64,000 bases of DNA from the human T2T-CHM13v2.0 reference genome, Homo sapiens. Made by a program: the position numbers and the translations under genes. Position 1 is the first letter of the stretch. Each line of letters begins with the position of its first letter. The stretch is from assembly GCF_009914755.1 (NCBI RefSeq), contig NC_060926.1; one strand, given 5' to 3'. This document shows positions 1-14,800 of this stretch, piece by piece. The notes under the pieces were generated by a model that saw nothing but the letters and a program-made list of their open reading frames with translations, searched no databases and had not been told where the DNA came from.

Positions 1-110
1 TGGCAAAATCCCCATATCAAATAAGTGAAAGTTAGAAAGCAAGAGAGAGATTGTATGTTTCGAGTGCCTAAGTATATTGATATAATAAACAGATTATATA
101 TATATAAGAC

Positions 111-143
111 AGAGAGAGCGAGAGAGAGAGAGAGAGAGAGAGA
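111..143 (+). repeat. (AG)n microsatellite with one CG interruption
   Basis: agagagagcgagagagagagagagagagagaga. Confidence 0.9.
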
Positions 144-3100
144 CATATTACAGATTATATGGATAACTATAAAATCAGGCCTTACCTGGTCCATTTGAAT
201 AAATTCTTTGTAACAGCTTACTTCTGTCTATTTCATTATAGGTCTACCCTCAATACAACATCCATACTTCAACAGCAGCTATATGAATAATCATTGCCTG
301 TCAATATCTTTTGTACATATACTCAATCTAATTTCCTGTTAAGGTGTTTTTTAGGCAGAAGATACGACAAGAGAATAATCTAAAGATGCATTGGCTAGCC
401 ACTAGTCATTGTAATATGTACAATGAAGAAAACCACGATTCCGATCTGAAGCCTACATACTTTTACAAATCTTTATTCTGTCTGACTTTATGGATTTTAA
501 GTTTATTTCTTAAGTGAATAAAAAGATTTAGGATGATGTGATTGAATTGATTTATTTACATCTACATTACTTTGATTTACGTGACTGGAATTATGGCGGT
601 AAGAAGGGAGACACAAGGAGAAGGCAGAGAGGAAGCAATCACTTTCTTCACATAAGCAATACATACACAGACATAGGCACACAGACACAAACACACAAGT
701 AAATGTCTGGGCACACTCAGCCCCACAGCCCAACCAACTGACTTCCCATAACAAAATGTTGGCTCCCTGTGTGCCTGCGTTGTCCAAAGGAACGCTCTAG
801 TGCTTGTTGCTATTTACTGGCAACAGTATAATGCACTCATTTGGTCTTGTTTTCTAAAATAGAGTTAACTGCTATATGTAAAATTTCTGCACAGCAGATG
901 GTTACCAATCATTATTTTCCATTTGTTTAGTTTCTAGTAAGAAGAAGAAAACCTGTGGGGTAGTGATGCAAAGAAAAACTAGCAGCCTGCATGATAACCC
1001 AACCAGTGCCAGAATATGCATTTTTTAAAGAAAAACGAAGAATCACTTTGATCACGTAGCATATCAAGACTAAAATTTTGAGGGATGGGGGAAGTTATTC
1101 ATCCCAGTCTCATCCATAAAGCAAAATGCCATTTGAACAATTTATTTTTTAGTATAAAATCCTCTAAAATTTAGCCTCTATATGTTTTTAAGTGATCAAA
1201 GTTTCTAGAAGCAACTTATTATCACCATTAATGTTTGTCATCACCCAAGCTGAAATCATTTTTTTTAAACCTCTAAGTAGCCCAGTTGTCCAACAGAAAA
1301 TGGGAAATAGGAGCCATTTGTGGACAAATGCACATGCACAGAAAATTAAGCTGTAAATATCTGGACCGGGTTATTACTGGAATCTGGAAACATCTGGGGC
1401 TACAGAATAAGCCAAGCCCCGTTTCCACAATGTCCAGGTAATTGCTTAAATGATTTATACCTTACTGTTTCTATTAAAAATGTCTTTAAAGAGAAACATT
1501 TGTAGGCTTGGTTCTGCAATAAAAATTGGTATCTGATTTCACTTGTACAAAATCTTGTGAAAGATGCTACATTTCTTCAAGGACATATGCATGACTAAAC
1601 TAAACCCTGGACAAAGACAAGGCTAAAAGAAGGCATGGCCGACCACTGAATGAAAACAATTGTATCATGATAGCAAATTTTAAATGGTTTATTTGTGATT
1701 AGTTTCTATTCTAATCAAAAGAGTCCATTAGAAAACATTCTTTTCATGCATTTGGGACAAATATATTCAAGCCATTTTAGGGTAAACTTGTACCTCATCC
1801 ATTTTCAATTTTAGTTTTAATTAATTTCTCATAAATCTTATTTACTGACACTTCAACTGAATATCAAACCAAACTTAACCCCTAAGGGACAAATAAGTGC
1901 CACCTCCAAGACAGACTTGCACCACTTAGTTAAGAATCTGGAAAGGTATTTAAATAGGTTCACTTAGATGGTGTCTGTATGGAGCTACTAACTGGTCCAT
2001 TCAGAATGAAAGAGCTTTCAACACTGTCATTTGTTGCAAAGACAGGTTGCTCTACTAAATAAACACACACACACACACGTGTGCACGCATGCATGTACCT
2101 ATGTAGTTGTATTGGCCTGAAATAATTTTATCTTTTAATTCAGATCATAGGCCAAAAGGACAAATATAGTTTCATATTTTTCAAGAATTGCTGTGTCTAG
2201 ATCTAGCCAAAAATTCTATTACTGACAGCTGTCAACTATGCATATAGGGTCAAAATAAATAAATAAATAAATAAAAAGAAAGGGAAGGAAGGAGGAAGCA
2301 GTAAAAGAAGGCAGACAACAAAATAAACCATTAACCACTGACTTTTAACCATGGTTCATACTTTGTGGCCACCAACTTACATGATTACCCTTTTGAGAAG
2401 GATCACCCAATTTTCTTCTACCAGAAGGGTAAAGGAAAATGGGTGCATTTTACATGTAAATAATTCTCATGGATATTTTTATTAATTTAAAACCCCACAG
2501 CTTCCTGATTATAAACCAAGTAGAATTTTAAGCCTCTTTTAAATATTCCCTGGATTTAAGTTGGTTGTTGGCAAGCTACCACTATAAGGTTTTACAATTT
2601 GTGGCCTTTACTCTCAATCTGATGGCTTTTAATCTATATTTTAACAATTTTAACTCACTTGAAGCACATTGAATGGTTTCTAGAAAACCAGAAGTGTCTA
2701 TTTAACAAAGGAACTAAACACACGGGTCTTCACTGTTGAAGTCACACTGCAAAAATGCTTTTGCTACTTTTAACATATTGTTTCACAATCTTTATTATTC
2801 TACCTTCAATGTACTGTCCTTTACTATTAGAGCTCTTTGCTGAAGATGCAGTGTTTTTATACAATTAACTAAGCAACATTTGTCCATTATAGCTCACTAA
2901 ATGGCACATCTTTGTAATGATTCAGGTTCAACAATCAGCACTACAGATACTTTCTTCTGCGTAGAGTGTATGACATCAACCTAGATTTCAATATGAAGTG
3001 GTAAGATAGCATCTAGAACTTTTCAGCTCTCAAGAGCCCAAATTGGAAGAAAACGAGTGAGCTTTCAGTAAAGGTTATAGGTTTTCTTAGTAAAATTGTG

Positions 3101-4185
3101 TTTTTAAAAGAATGACAATAGAGTCTTTGTTTTTTTCTGGGTTATTTAACGAAATAATGTGAGCAAATGCTTTTCTCTGGTACATCTTTAGGTTTAAAAA
3201 CACAAATATGAAATATAAATCTTGTCAAATACTGTTGCCTAACTCATTATAATTTAACATTTGATCAAATTGAATTTGCCTTAGAAATACTGTAATGCTA
3301 TTTATTGTAACATTCACGGCAGATTTGAGAAAGTAGCTGACCCTTCCACGAGCACACAAACCCAACTGGTAAAGCTATTGAACACCTAAAAGAGCTATTG
3401 GGTGAAATCCCAGCTAAATTGTTTACTGCCCAGTATTCAGTACAAAATAAATTAATAGACACTATTTAGTTAGATAAAGGTCCCAATTAAAATGTTAACC
3501 AAAGACATTCACGAATTAAGTTATCGTATCAACTGTAGATCAACTAGTTTGCATCTCACATTTTACCACCCCAGTATCATCATGTTTCCAAGGAAATCTG
3601 TCTTGAATACTGATAGTGCACATATTTGCAAACTGCCTATTTATCAGAGAAAGGACAAAATAGAAAGAAATGCCTTAGGAGGTACTTATTTCCCACGTTC
3701 AACCAAAGGCAGAATGACCAACTGTCAATCAACTCTATATTGGTAAGAAGTCAATCTGGAAGTCTCAGAGTCTAATATTTTATGATTTCTGTACCCTCAA
3801 ATTTTTCTGTCTGCAAACACATGAGAAAAAAATATTTCATGGAGAATAGTGATTTAAAGCTATTTGTTACACCTATAATCAAAGTAGTCTATAGATTTAT
3901 GTTTTATAAGATTTTAAAGATAGCATAATGTTTTTTATAAAAGAGTTTAAAGGCTCTCCTATCTAGAGATACAAAAATAGAATTAATGACTGTAAGCTCC
4001 TTTTTAAGTATATAATTATAAAACTATTTTTCAGGGTTATAAAGTCTTTCTTTGGTAATAACATTATATAAAGAATATAGAAATTTCAATTTTTTAATGA
4101 AATATACAATTTTCATAGATCCATTCTTTAAATATTTAAAAATCATCTTTTAATTTTTTAAAATAAGATTAATAAAATATTAACT

Positions 4186-4870
<685 letters not shown>

Positions 4871-5349
4871 GAAGAACATGCCAGGAAGCAAAAAGAAGGT
4901 GGACAAAGACTAGTTGCTGATAAAGTACAGGAAAAAAGTATTGCTTTCAGTTTGATAAAAGTCCACCTTTCATACTAAATATTTTAAGGATTTGAGGTTT
5001 CTAACTCCACTGCTTAAGTTAATCTGATTGCCACTCTATTGAAATCTCTTACAAGAGAAAAGCATTAGCTAACTAATACCCATCAACTCTTAAGATATTA
5101 GAATTGCTGACACTTTTGCATGCAACCAATTAGTAAGCATATTTAATGAATGCTTATCATCTCTTCTGATGGGCTTAACAAAGTAATAAATGGTCCTTGA
5201 GCTTTCTACATTGTTTCCAAGATAATTTTTGGAGCTTTCTTAAGAGAAACAAAAATATTTTGCATCTTTTAGACGACTAGCAAGGTCCAAGTTACTTGAG
5301 TTCACTGGTCCATGACAAAGCAGTCATGGAGTATACAAAACTGCAAGAA

Positions 5350-5490
5350 ATCTTAGTCATCATCGGATCACCTCAATCATCTCTTCTTTTATAAAAAAGT
5401 AAACTAAAAACTAAGGCTCAGTGAGGTTGAATGGCTTACCCAAGGTAACAAAATGATCTTCGACTGTGGGCTTCTGCTGACACTGTCCTT
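5350..5490 (-). mobile_element. MIR fragment
   Basis: MIR core-like aaactaaggctcagtgaggttgaatggcttacccaaggtaaca. Confidence 0.65.
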
Positions 5491-8400
5491 CATCATCGTT
5501 ACTTTCCTGAGATGTTCTTGCAAGACTGACAGAAATGTTTTCAAAAGTCTAGATAGGTTGTTGAACTTCAGCCGGATGATGAGCTATCTGTACATGTCAT
5601 TAGTATATTCAGTTCTGAATAGATATCTTCATTTTTCTAACTTCAAACCAGGAAGAATGACATTTTTTTAAAAGGTAAAAATTTTAAGATCTCTTGATAT
5701 ATATAAATGTTTGGTTTACATTAGAATCATCTGAGGAGTTTAAAATCTCATCTAACTGATCTGGTGTAGGGCTTAGGCAAAAGTTTTTTTATTATTTATT
5801 TATTTATTTATTTTGCTTGTTTGGGGCTTTAGTTTGGTCAGGAAGTTATAGCAAGCATTTACTGAGTTGATACAAAATTTAACATCAAATTTTTCTAAAA
5901 CCAATTCAAAGTATTCAATGATTTCAACTTCCATAATGGCAGTAAACACATTAGTTTCCAAAAGAAGCCTTAAAGGACATATACCTCCATCTTCAATGGA
6001 TTTTATTCTGTCACTGCATTTGTGGCCTAAAAACTTGAGTATGTTAAGAGAGAATAAAAGAGTCTGAGAATAAGTTGAACCATCTTTAAAGGCATATATA
6101 TATGTTTTCACACTTTTTAAAATTATGCGGACGAAAAGATACGGAGAATATAATTTGTTAAAATAGTGCTACATGCTATTTACTGATTATTAGTCAATGA
6201 TTCTTAATAACTGATAAGGTTTTTTTTACATAATTAATATTAGGGTTTAATTTACAAAATTGCCAATATCATTCTGTGTAACAACCACATGAAAACAGTC
6301 TTTAATGTTAGCTTTGCCTCAATGACTTTCTCGAACTTGTGCCTCCTTCCCCTATTCCTACATGTTGTCCATGACAACAAATGCTGCTTTACTCTTCCCT
6401 AATATAAACCCTAATATTATCCTCTTAATTAATTCAAACTACTTCTCATGATCTAAGTATCATATTCCAGTGGCTGAAATGAAATTTGATTTTCCAGATG
6501 ATCAAGTAATAACCAGTCTTGCAGACAAATATCAAAAATTTTTTAAAAAGAAAGAAAAGAAAAGAAAAAAACAGCTCTTCAAAACGGTACACAGCTAGGT
6601 AGGTAGGAAGATGGCTTAGACAGCAAGGTTCTTGGTGAGTATGCCAATAGCAAAATAGCAGAAAACATTTTCCCCTTAGCCCTAAGCAAAGGACACCAAC
6701 AAGCTGTTAGAAAATAAAGACAATTTTTTTAAAAATTATGTATTTAAGTATACATGTGCATTCCAGTCATATATCAGCAACACCTCCCATCTTAGTGACT
6801 GTGGCATTTTGCTGTAGTAGGGTAAAATTTCAAGGAACTATCATTACATGGTGGTAAAATTGTAGATTTTTTACCCATGATTATGAACAAACCTATATTA
6901 TATGTTGTACTGTCCTTACTAGATATCTTTAAAAATAAATAGTACAAAATAGTTTACCTATAAGTTCTTTTTACTTTATGCTAAAACAAAATAAAACAAG
7001 ACAAAAATTAAAAAAGTAAACAAAAAAGGCATTATTGCACTGTATATGCTCATTTAGAGGCTTATTAAAGAACAAAACATAATAAAGAGCTTTCAATTTT
7101 TTTTGTAATACTTTAACTGCCAAAAATTTTATTGATGGAGATTTCACACCCATGTTTTTAAAAAATTACCAAAAGAATTTTGCTTATGTGTAATTTTTTT
7201 CACTTTCTAAAGAGATACCAGCTCCAACTGGACATTCATTTCTGAATAAAATTCTACTATCTTACCATCCATGAGTAAATTGATATCGATGATTGGTTGA
7301 TTAGTACTCTTAGAATTATAGGAAACATATTTTTCCAATTAGGTAACACTTATTGTATTCATAGTATGTTTAAAATCTTCCCACAGAAAGAAAAAGCACT
7401 GTTCATATAGGCATGTAAAATTCCAAAGCTGGTAATATTTTTTCCTTCCAGTTTGTCAGACAAGGATACAGGCCATTCAGGGTCCCAATGTCTACATTTG
7501 GGTCCTATCAGTATTTCCCTCCCAAAAACGTTGCTTAATCTTCTGAATAATGCAAATGAAAATCTCTCTTTAAAAGAGAACTTTGTACTGACTCTACTGG
7601 CATAGGATACCACGATAAGGGCAGGGGGGATAAGACCCACATCTTTTGTAAGTTGGGCCTAAAATTGACTCCAGATTTGCGAGTCATGAACAGAAAGTCA
7701 GTTTTAATATAGATGTGCTTTAGAAAGTAAAAATGGTGATTATTCTTAACAAGTTACATATTGGGAATTATTCTTCAAAAATGACTCATAAAATATCTTT
7801 TTAAGTACTTAAAGTCATGAATATGTTCTACTCTTTTACCTCTGCTTGAATGTAATTTTTCATTTTCCAGGAAAGGATACATTTTCTAACTAACCCCGTT
7901 AACCTAATTACTCATAAAGGAATACCAAAAGTGTCCCTGACATCAATACCTTCACAAAGAAATATATCTATGCACATGCACAAGAACATATTCCATTTAG
8001 ATAATCAAAACTGTAATTTTTATCTAAAAGATTCCCTTAGATCCATGTAATTCCTAGCAGTAAAATTTATCAAAAGCACTTAGTTTGCAAACAATGAGAC
8101 TGCCATTATCTATAGCCTTATTTCTTCATCCATATACTTTAATTGAAAAGTACAAACTATTAAGCATAAAAGAATAATAGTACTGTTTATTTCATAGTAT
8201 TTGTTTGATCTGAAAATGGGGATTGTAATGAAAATGCCTTCAATCTTAAGGGAACCTTTTTTATCCTACTCAGAATAATTATCTTGTAAGATTAAAATCA
8301 CTGAATCATACCGAATTAAGATTTATAATTTAGCATCATTGAGGTATATTATTTAAAAGAAAGAGTTTACAATCTTCAATTTGAAATTGAAAGGGAAAAG

Positions 8401-9681
8401 AAATGAACAGATGAAAAATAAAAAAGCTCTTTTTGGCACAACAATATACTATATTGCCACTTATTTACCCAGATTCCTAGTTTAATCATTTTTAAAGCAA
8501 AACATTTAATATGAAAATACAAGATTCCAAGTATAGGAGTAAAGCAGGAAAAGATGAGTCCCCGTTGAAATTATACTACAGAATTTGGAGATAGAACACA
8601 GAACATTAGAAAATGTGAATTGTGGCTAACTACCTACTAAAATATTTCAAGTTTGCAATGGCTTAGTTAAAAAAAAAAAAAATATTCCTAAACTGTGGGG
8701 TAAATTTTTACTTAAATGGGACACTGTTATAATAGTTATTTCCCAGCTTTCTTTCATTAAAGTGCCTATCAGTGTGGAGAGCAATGCCTTGTTATTACAC
8801 AGGGCAAAGATTTTTCTTCTTAGAAAGTCTCATATGTAGCATTTCTCCCGACAAAGTCTAACAAGGCATTCAAAATAAGTTCAATTTTTTTCTTCCTCAA
8901 AAATATCTTTAAAGCCCCCCACTTTCACCCGAGTCTTGGATTACATAAAAGAATAGTTACTTTTTCCAAGCTCTTTGATATTTCCCTTCCTGGCAGAGTC
9001 ATCTGATGTGAGAAATATCTTTTGAAAATAAATGGTGCAACTTCAAGTGCACTCAGATCCATACTTGCTGGACATTCCATCATATCTCAGTTTTGATTTG
9101 AAAAAGCCACTTGACTTCAAAATTCAGTTTTAGGTATCGCAATATGAAGTTTGATCTCATTGAGAAGTACTTTGGGAAGCAACGATGTAAATGTTTTGTC
9201 CACCTATCAGCACAGAACGTTGGTAAAGGAGTCATATGACTCTAATTTTCAGGGAGAGGGAGGTTATTGCAATACAAATTGAGAAGCTAAGTCCAGGATT
9301 TGAATACAGCATACTGCAACATTAGTGTTACCGCATGAAATGGTTACTTTTCCTCTTTAACACAGCTGTCACATGTTTATATAGCTAAAATACCACTTTC
9401 TAATGTCCACGTATCAATACTGACACTATTATAACAAGGTTATTTGGGGGTCTGCCCCCCCCTTCCTGTCACTCAATGAGCATACTTTCGTTTTTTTAAT
9501 GGTCAGCATTTTGTATCAGATAATGTAGGATTTCTACATAAAAAATACTCATTTTTCTTGTGCCTTAACCGAGGAGGGATAGTGGCAGTACTTGGCAACA
9601 GAGAACCTCCTAAGCTCTTACTACTACAATTATTCTGGGCCTGGGATAAGTATTGAAGTATGTAACTGCATGCAAACCATT

Positions 9682-9684
<3 letters not shown>

Positions 9685-9720
<36 letters not shown>
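9685..9720 (+). repeat. (CA)18 microsatellite
   Basis: Perfect CA run. Confidence 0.95.
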
Positions 9721-9722
<2 letters not shown>

Positions 9723-10005
9723 GTTCCTTTTAAGAATACTTGAGCAAAAAGTCACATGATATATAGGAGATATATGAGACACAGGGCAAGATGAGACAAA
9801 AGCAAATATTTCAATCCCCAGTTCAGATATAGAAAGAGCAGGAGATACTTAATGGTTCATTTCCCATCAGTTTTCTTACTCAACTCTCATTAGTATCTTT
9901 TTCGGCAGAGGCAGATGGAATCATTGTGGAATAGTCAGTCTCCAATAGGAAACCTAGTGACTTCTACAAAGGTGGCCCCAGATAAAAGTCTGTAGGTGGT
10001 GAAGG

Positions 10006-10184
10006 CAGGGCTGGCTTCATTGCCCCATCATTTGTTCAGGCACACAGGCCCCCACCCCACCACACAATACAGGGCCCTGCATTTTGTTTAATGCTGTGTG
10101 TTGCTGTCTTCAAATTAATTTTTGAACAAGATGCCTCACATTTTAATTTTGCGCTGGGTCTCAGAAATTATGTAGCTGGTCCTA
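10006..10184 (+). mobile_element. MER91A-like hAT-Tip100 MITE with intact 8-bp TSD
   Basis: Termini CAGGGCTGGCTTCAT...ATGTAGCTGGTCCTA; internal ttttgaacaag..cattttaattttgcgctggg; perfect TSD GGTGAAGG at 9998-10005 and 10185-10192. Confidence 0.85.
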
Positions 10185-11782
10185 GGTGAAGGTAAAAATG
10201 TCTCTTAATGGTGAGGATAGTAAGTCAAAAGATAAGCAAAAAGTTTAGAACGACATACAGAAACCCACGGCTTCACATTGCACTACCTTTAAAATTTTAT
10301 CTGAGATGTTACTATTTCCAAGAATAATATTTCATCATGAACTAATGCATGAAAGTAGAGTTTACCCATTCTCAGATGAGTTTACTCTCATAAATAGTTG
10401 ACACTTAATTATCAGTTGTTTAAAAAGCATCCAGTTGACATAAGGCAAACAGTTGAATTGGGAAAAACAAAATAGGTATATACATACACACATATATATT
10501 TCATATATCTACATACACATATGAAATATATATGAAATATATATATAGCTAAAGGGAGTTAAATGCAGTTTCTGTTCTCATGCCAGGAATATATCCATAA
10601 GCAAAATGGAATAAGTATGTAAAATACCAGCAGAAATTAAAACATAGCAAAGAAAGAGAGTAAAGGTATTTTCAACATAATGAAATGGGGTAAAAGAAAA
10701 CATTTTATAGGTATTTTACATTTCATATTCTATAGTATAAAAAACTTTACTGTATATTATATATCCTTAATAACTGTTTGGTTAAAAGCTCCTCTTCCTA
10801 TGAAAATGAGAACAGAAACCTAGTAAGAAGCAAATTTTCCAAAATTATAAAACATACTTTCTAAAAAACATTTCCCAACACAAAAATACCAATACTTAAG
10901 CTGAGCTATAGGGTAAAAAACGTTTAACCTTGGGCCTTCATATAATAAATCATGCATTCTACTTTCAAGATGTAACAGTTTCAAAAATGATTGGAAGCAG
11001 TGATACTATAAATGCTTTGTGAAAGTCATGAGAGCTAAAATATGAGCAAACATATCCATTTATACATATATTTAACATAAATACATCTAAATTGAAATTC
11101 TCCTTTGGATTTACTGCTTCTGATACACCCTGAAACAACAGCCCACCATATGCAATGTTAAGCAAAGTGTCAATATTCAAATAACAAGACAACAAGCAGA
11201 TTTGTTGCATAAAATATGTAAATATTATTAACAGAAAGTGCCATATGATATCTCATGTTTTGATGGTTTCTGATCACCTATCTTTTCTGCCTCCTCAGTA
11301 TCTTAGCTAAGACTACTGTTGTCAACAGGTACTTACGGATGTGCTGTATTGAGGCAGCGCTTCTGAGCAGGCACCTGTGGTGCTGCCCTAAGGAAACTTA
11401 GCATACCCCTTGCTTTTGATTTGCTTCGAACTTCAATGTACCATTTATTTTGAGTATATTCTTTCATACTCCTTATTCCTGCTATTTTACTTTTTAAAAT
11501 AAACATTTCTGAAAGAAAATTGCCATTTAAATGATAACATCAAAAATATCAAAAAGATTAGTAATCAGCAATCATACCAAAGCAGCTATGCTTAAAATTT
11601 CTGCCAGAAGTTAAATGAAAAAGTTAATGCTAAAAATTCAAGTTTAGGAAAAAAAGAAGAAAATGACAAAATCCAACCATGGAAAGCACTTGCTAAACTG
11701 GCCATTTATTTGCAGTGTGTCAAAAAAATTCTTTCATTTTCAATAAACAATAATATAGGTACAATCTCTCTCTCTTGCTCCG

Positions 11783-11786
<4 letters not shown>

Positions 11787-11822
<36 letters not shown>
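11787..11822 (+). repeat. (TG)18 microsatellite
   Basis: Perfect TG run. Confidence 0.95.
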
Positions 11823-11825
<3 letters not shown>

Positions 11826-14800
11826 TGAAAGGCAGAATTTTGGGACTTGTAAGCTTCTAAGTGGTACCCCCAAATAATTTCTAAGTTCAGTTGATTTCAA
11901 TAAAACACTAGCTCTTGTATATCTCAAAAGAAAGACACATACATTTATTTTTTATTGAGAGTTAAAATTTATAGCTTTTTCTGAACCATTTGTTTATTCT
12001 AGTTTATCAATGACTCAAGAAAAACAGCAGATATGCTGATTAATCGAGTTCTATCGATCAGTAGCATATGTCAATATTTCACACAAACATCTGCAGAATA
12101 GTTTCTTCCAATCAAAAATTTATAAATCAATTTAAATTCCTGGTAATTAAATTTATTTGCTCTTCAACAATGAACACAGTACTTTATAAAGAGTAGTATG
12201 TGAAATCTGCACTCAAGAATATATTGATCAAAGGTAAAATAGCACCTTTCTATTTCTATTAAACCAAGGTTCTAAGAACTAGAAAGTTCAAACCTTAAAA
12301 GCCTGCAATTGTTTCAAATACATCTAGTAATTCTGTTGATTTTGGGCCACTAAAAGTGATTACTTAATTAGGCAATCATTCAAGGCATCCAAACACTCAC
12401 ACAGACAAAAACAGGGAAGTATTAGCATGGCTGTCTTCACCTTGACATGAACATTCTGAAAAACAGTGCAGACTCTCAAACTTTGTGGATCTGTCCCTAT
12501 GAATGTCCTGAGTAAGATACTAAATTCTAAAAGGTGACAACCAGAAGCTCAGGAAAAAATAATTAACCTATAATGAAATTACCCATTTATCTTTTCAGGT
12601 GGTTTATATCTTAAACTATCTTAGAAATGCAAAGTAATAATACAGATGGTCTCTATAGATTCTTGGAAATACTACCTATTTTCTTCTCTCTGGTTACACT
12701 CTTATATTATCATCTAAAAGTAATTAATGAAATCTCTGCACTCTTGTATATCTATCAGAAGTAACTACCTACAAAAAGGTTTTCAAAGTTCCTGCCTAAC
12801 ATGAATAAAAACAAAAACAAAAAATATTTTCTATTTATGGGAAGGAAAAAAATATCAGCCCTGGAAACTCAGCTACAGGAGTCTTAAATATAACTAAAGA
12901 ATAAAACCCCCTATTTTCACTCAGAAGATATCAGATACTGTTTTAAGAATCTTACTGATGAAATACAGCCAGGAGAAAGAAAAATACTCTATTTTCAGAA
13001 AAAAAAAAAAGATGTTTCTTGAAATAATTCCAAAGAGACCCTATAAACTGTGTTTTTAGGAGAAGAGAAAAGCAAATCAACTCACACATACAGCTTCCAA
13101 ACAGAAGTCTTACCCTCTTCCAGGAAAACAACAATGAGACTTTATTACCCTGCTATGATTCTTTCATTTCAGACATGATTAATTAGCAAGTATTACACTT
13201 CTCAAAACTCCCACCCTACTCTTCCCTGCTTATTTGATGATAGACCCACATGAAATAACAAGTTGCCTCCAGCAGTGTAAGACAAGTATCCAAAAACTCT
13301 ATTTTAAAGAAGAAACACTTCTTTCCTATCTTTGCCTCCCAAAATGAAGCAGGCTGCTTCTAACTGCTTTCACAATTTTGTTTCAACTTGGTCATTTTCC
13401 TAACAATACCTTTTCAATTTTAAATAATGCATACAACATATTCATTATTCAAGAACACATAGCATGTTTAATCTGATACCTCTATTTTTAAGCTGAAATT
13501 CCAAAGGACTTATGTGTCCATGCAGTTTATATTGATAACCATAAACATGCACAATTAATAAACAATAGAGACGATGTGTACAAGCATGTTTTGGGACATG
13601 GTTTTTGTAGAAATAATGTTTCTTTTCCAAATAAAAGCTAATTTGTCACAAATATAATGAAGATAAGAAACAAGCATGAAGGAGTAAAAGAGAGGAAGAA
13701 CAGAAGAGGATAACTAAAATTTGAATGAAAAACTCTTGACCCTCTACATATTCTTCCAAAATAATCTTTCAAAATAATTTTCCTTTTGAACAATCTGTGT
13801 TCAAAACGTCCATTCCATGTGCACCAAGAAGCCAGCCATCACTAAATATATTATAAATGTATATTCTAACAATCATCAATTTATAAAGTCTGGGATTTCC
13901 CCTTCAACCTTTCAACTGTTACGTCCAGAAAACTTCACACATAGTGAAATCCTAATAAATAGATCTTGTTGGTTCCAGGAAACATTTTTAAAAATCTATA
14001 CTGGTCAAAATATCCTTGCTTTTTTTCTGTTGTATTAAATTTAGGATCAAAAACATCAAAGCAGCTTCCACCTCGGACCTAACTTTTAGAGGATCAATGT
14101 GACAAGGCAGTCCCTGATAGATGTTTCTCTTGATAAACGACTTGTTCAAAAGAGACATTGTAGCTTTCATTTCCTGACCACAACACACTTTTAATTTGCA
14201 ACAGCAGAGCTGCCAGAGTGTGAGCACTTGCCCACTTTCTAGTCTTTTAGGTTTGTAGCTCTGGTTCCTTTAGGCCGCACATTTGAGACAAACAAAATCT
14301 AAAAATAATCAGAGTAAAGAATTAGAAAACAAGAGCCAGTAACGCCACTTTATACATATACACAAGTGTCTACTTTATATATATGTATGTAAACTTTCAC
14401 CCCTAGAATTCTAATATATGATAACAAGGCTCCTAAGTTAACATCATTTGCACATCGGACATTTAAACATAGGGAAATGAATTATGTGACTATTATTTAA
14501 TAGTAAGCAGAGACTTAAGAGGGGGGCAATTTACACACTCAAATCTGCTGTTAAATGTCATGAATTATATAATTGCCTATGCCAGTATGTTTTTCATGAA
14601 TTATTGCAATGATTATTATTAGTACTACCTAGAAATCACATTTAAGTATCAATACGGTGAACAGTCAAACCATCCAATTTCTGCTCTCAGCACATTGTCC
14701 GAGCTCCGATTTAAAATTTATAAATGTAATATCCTCCTCATCACAGGCAGCAGCCCAATCTGCTCTGAATATATATTACAGCTTTAACATCACAGAGGGA

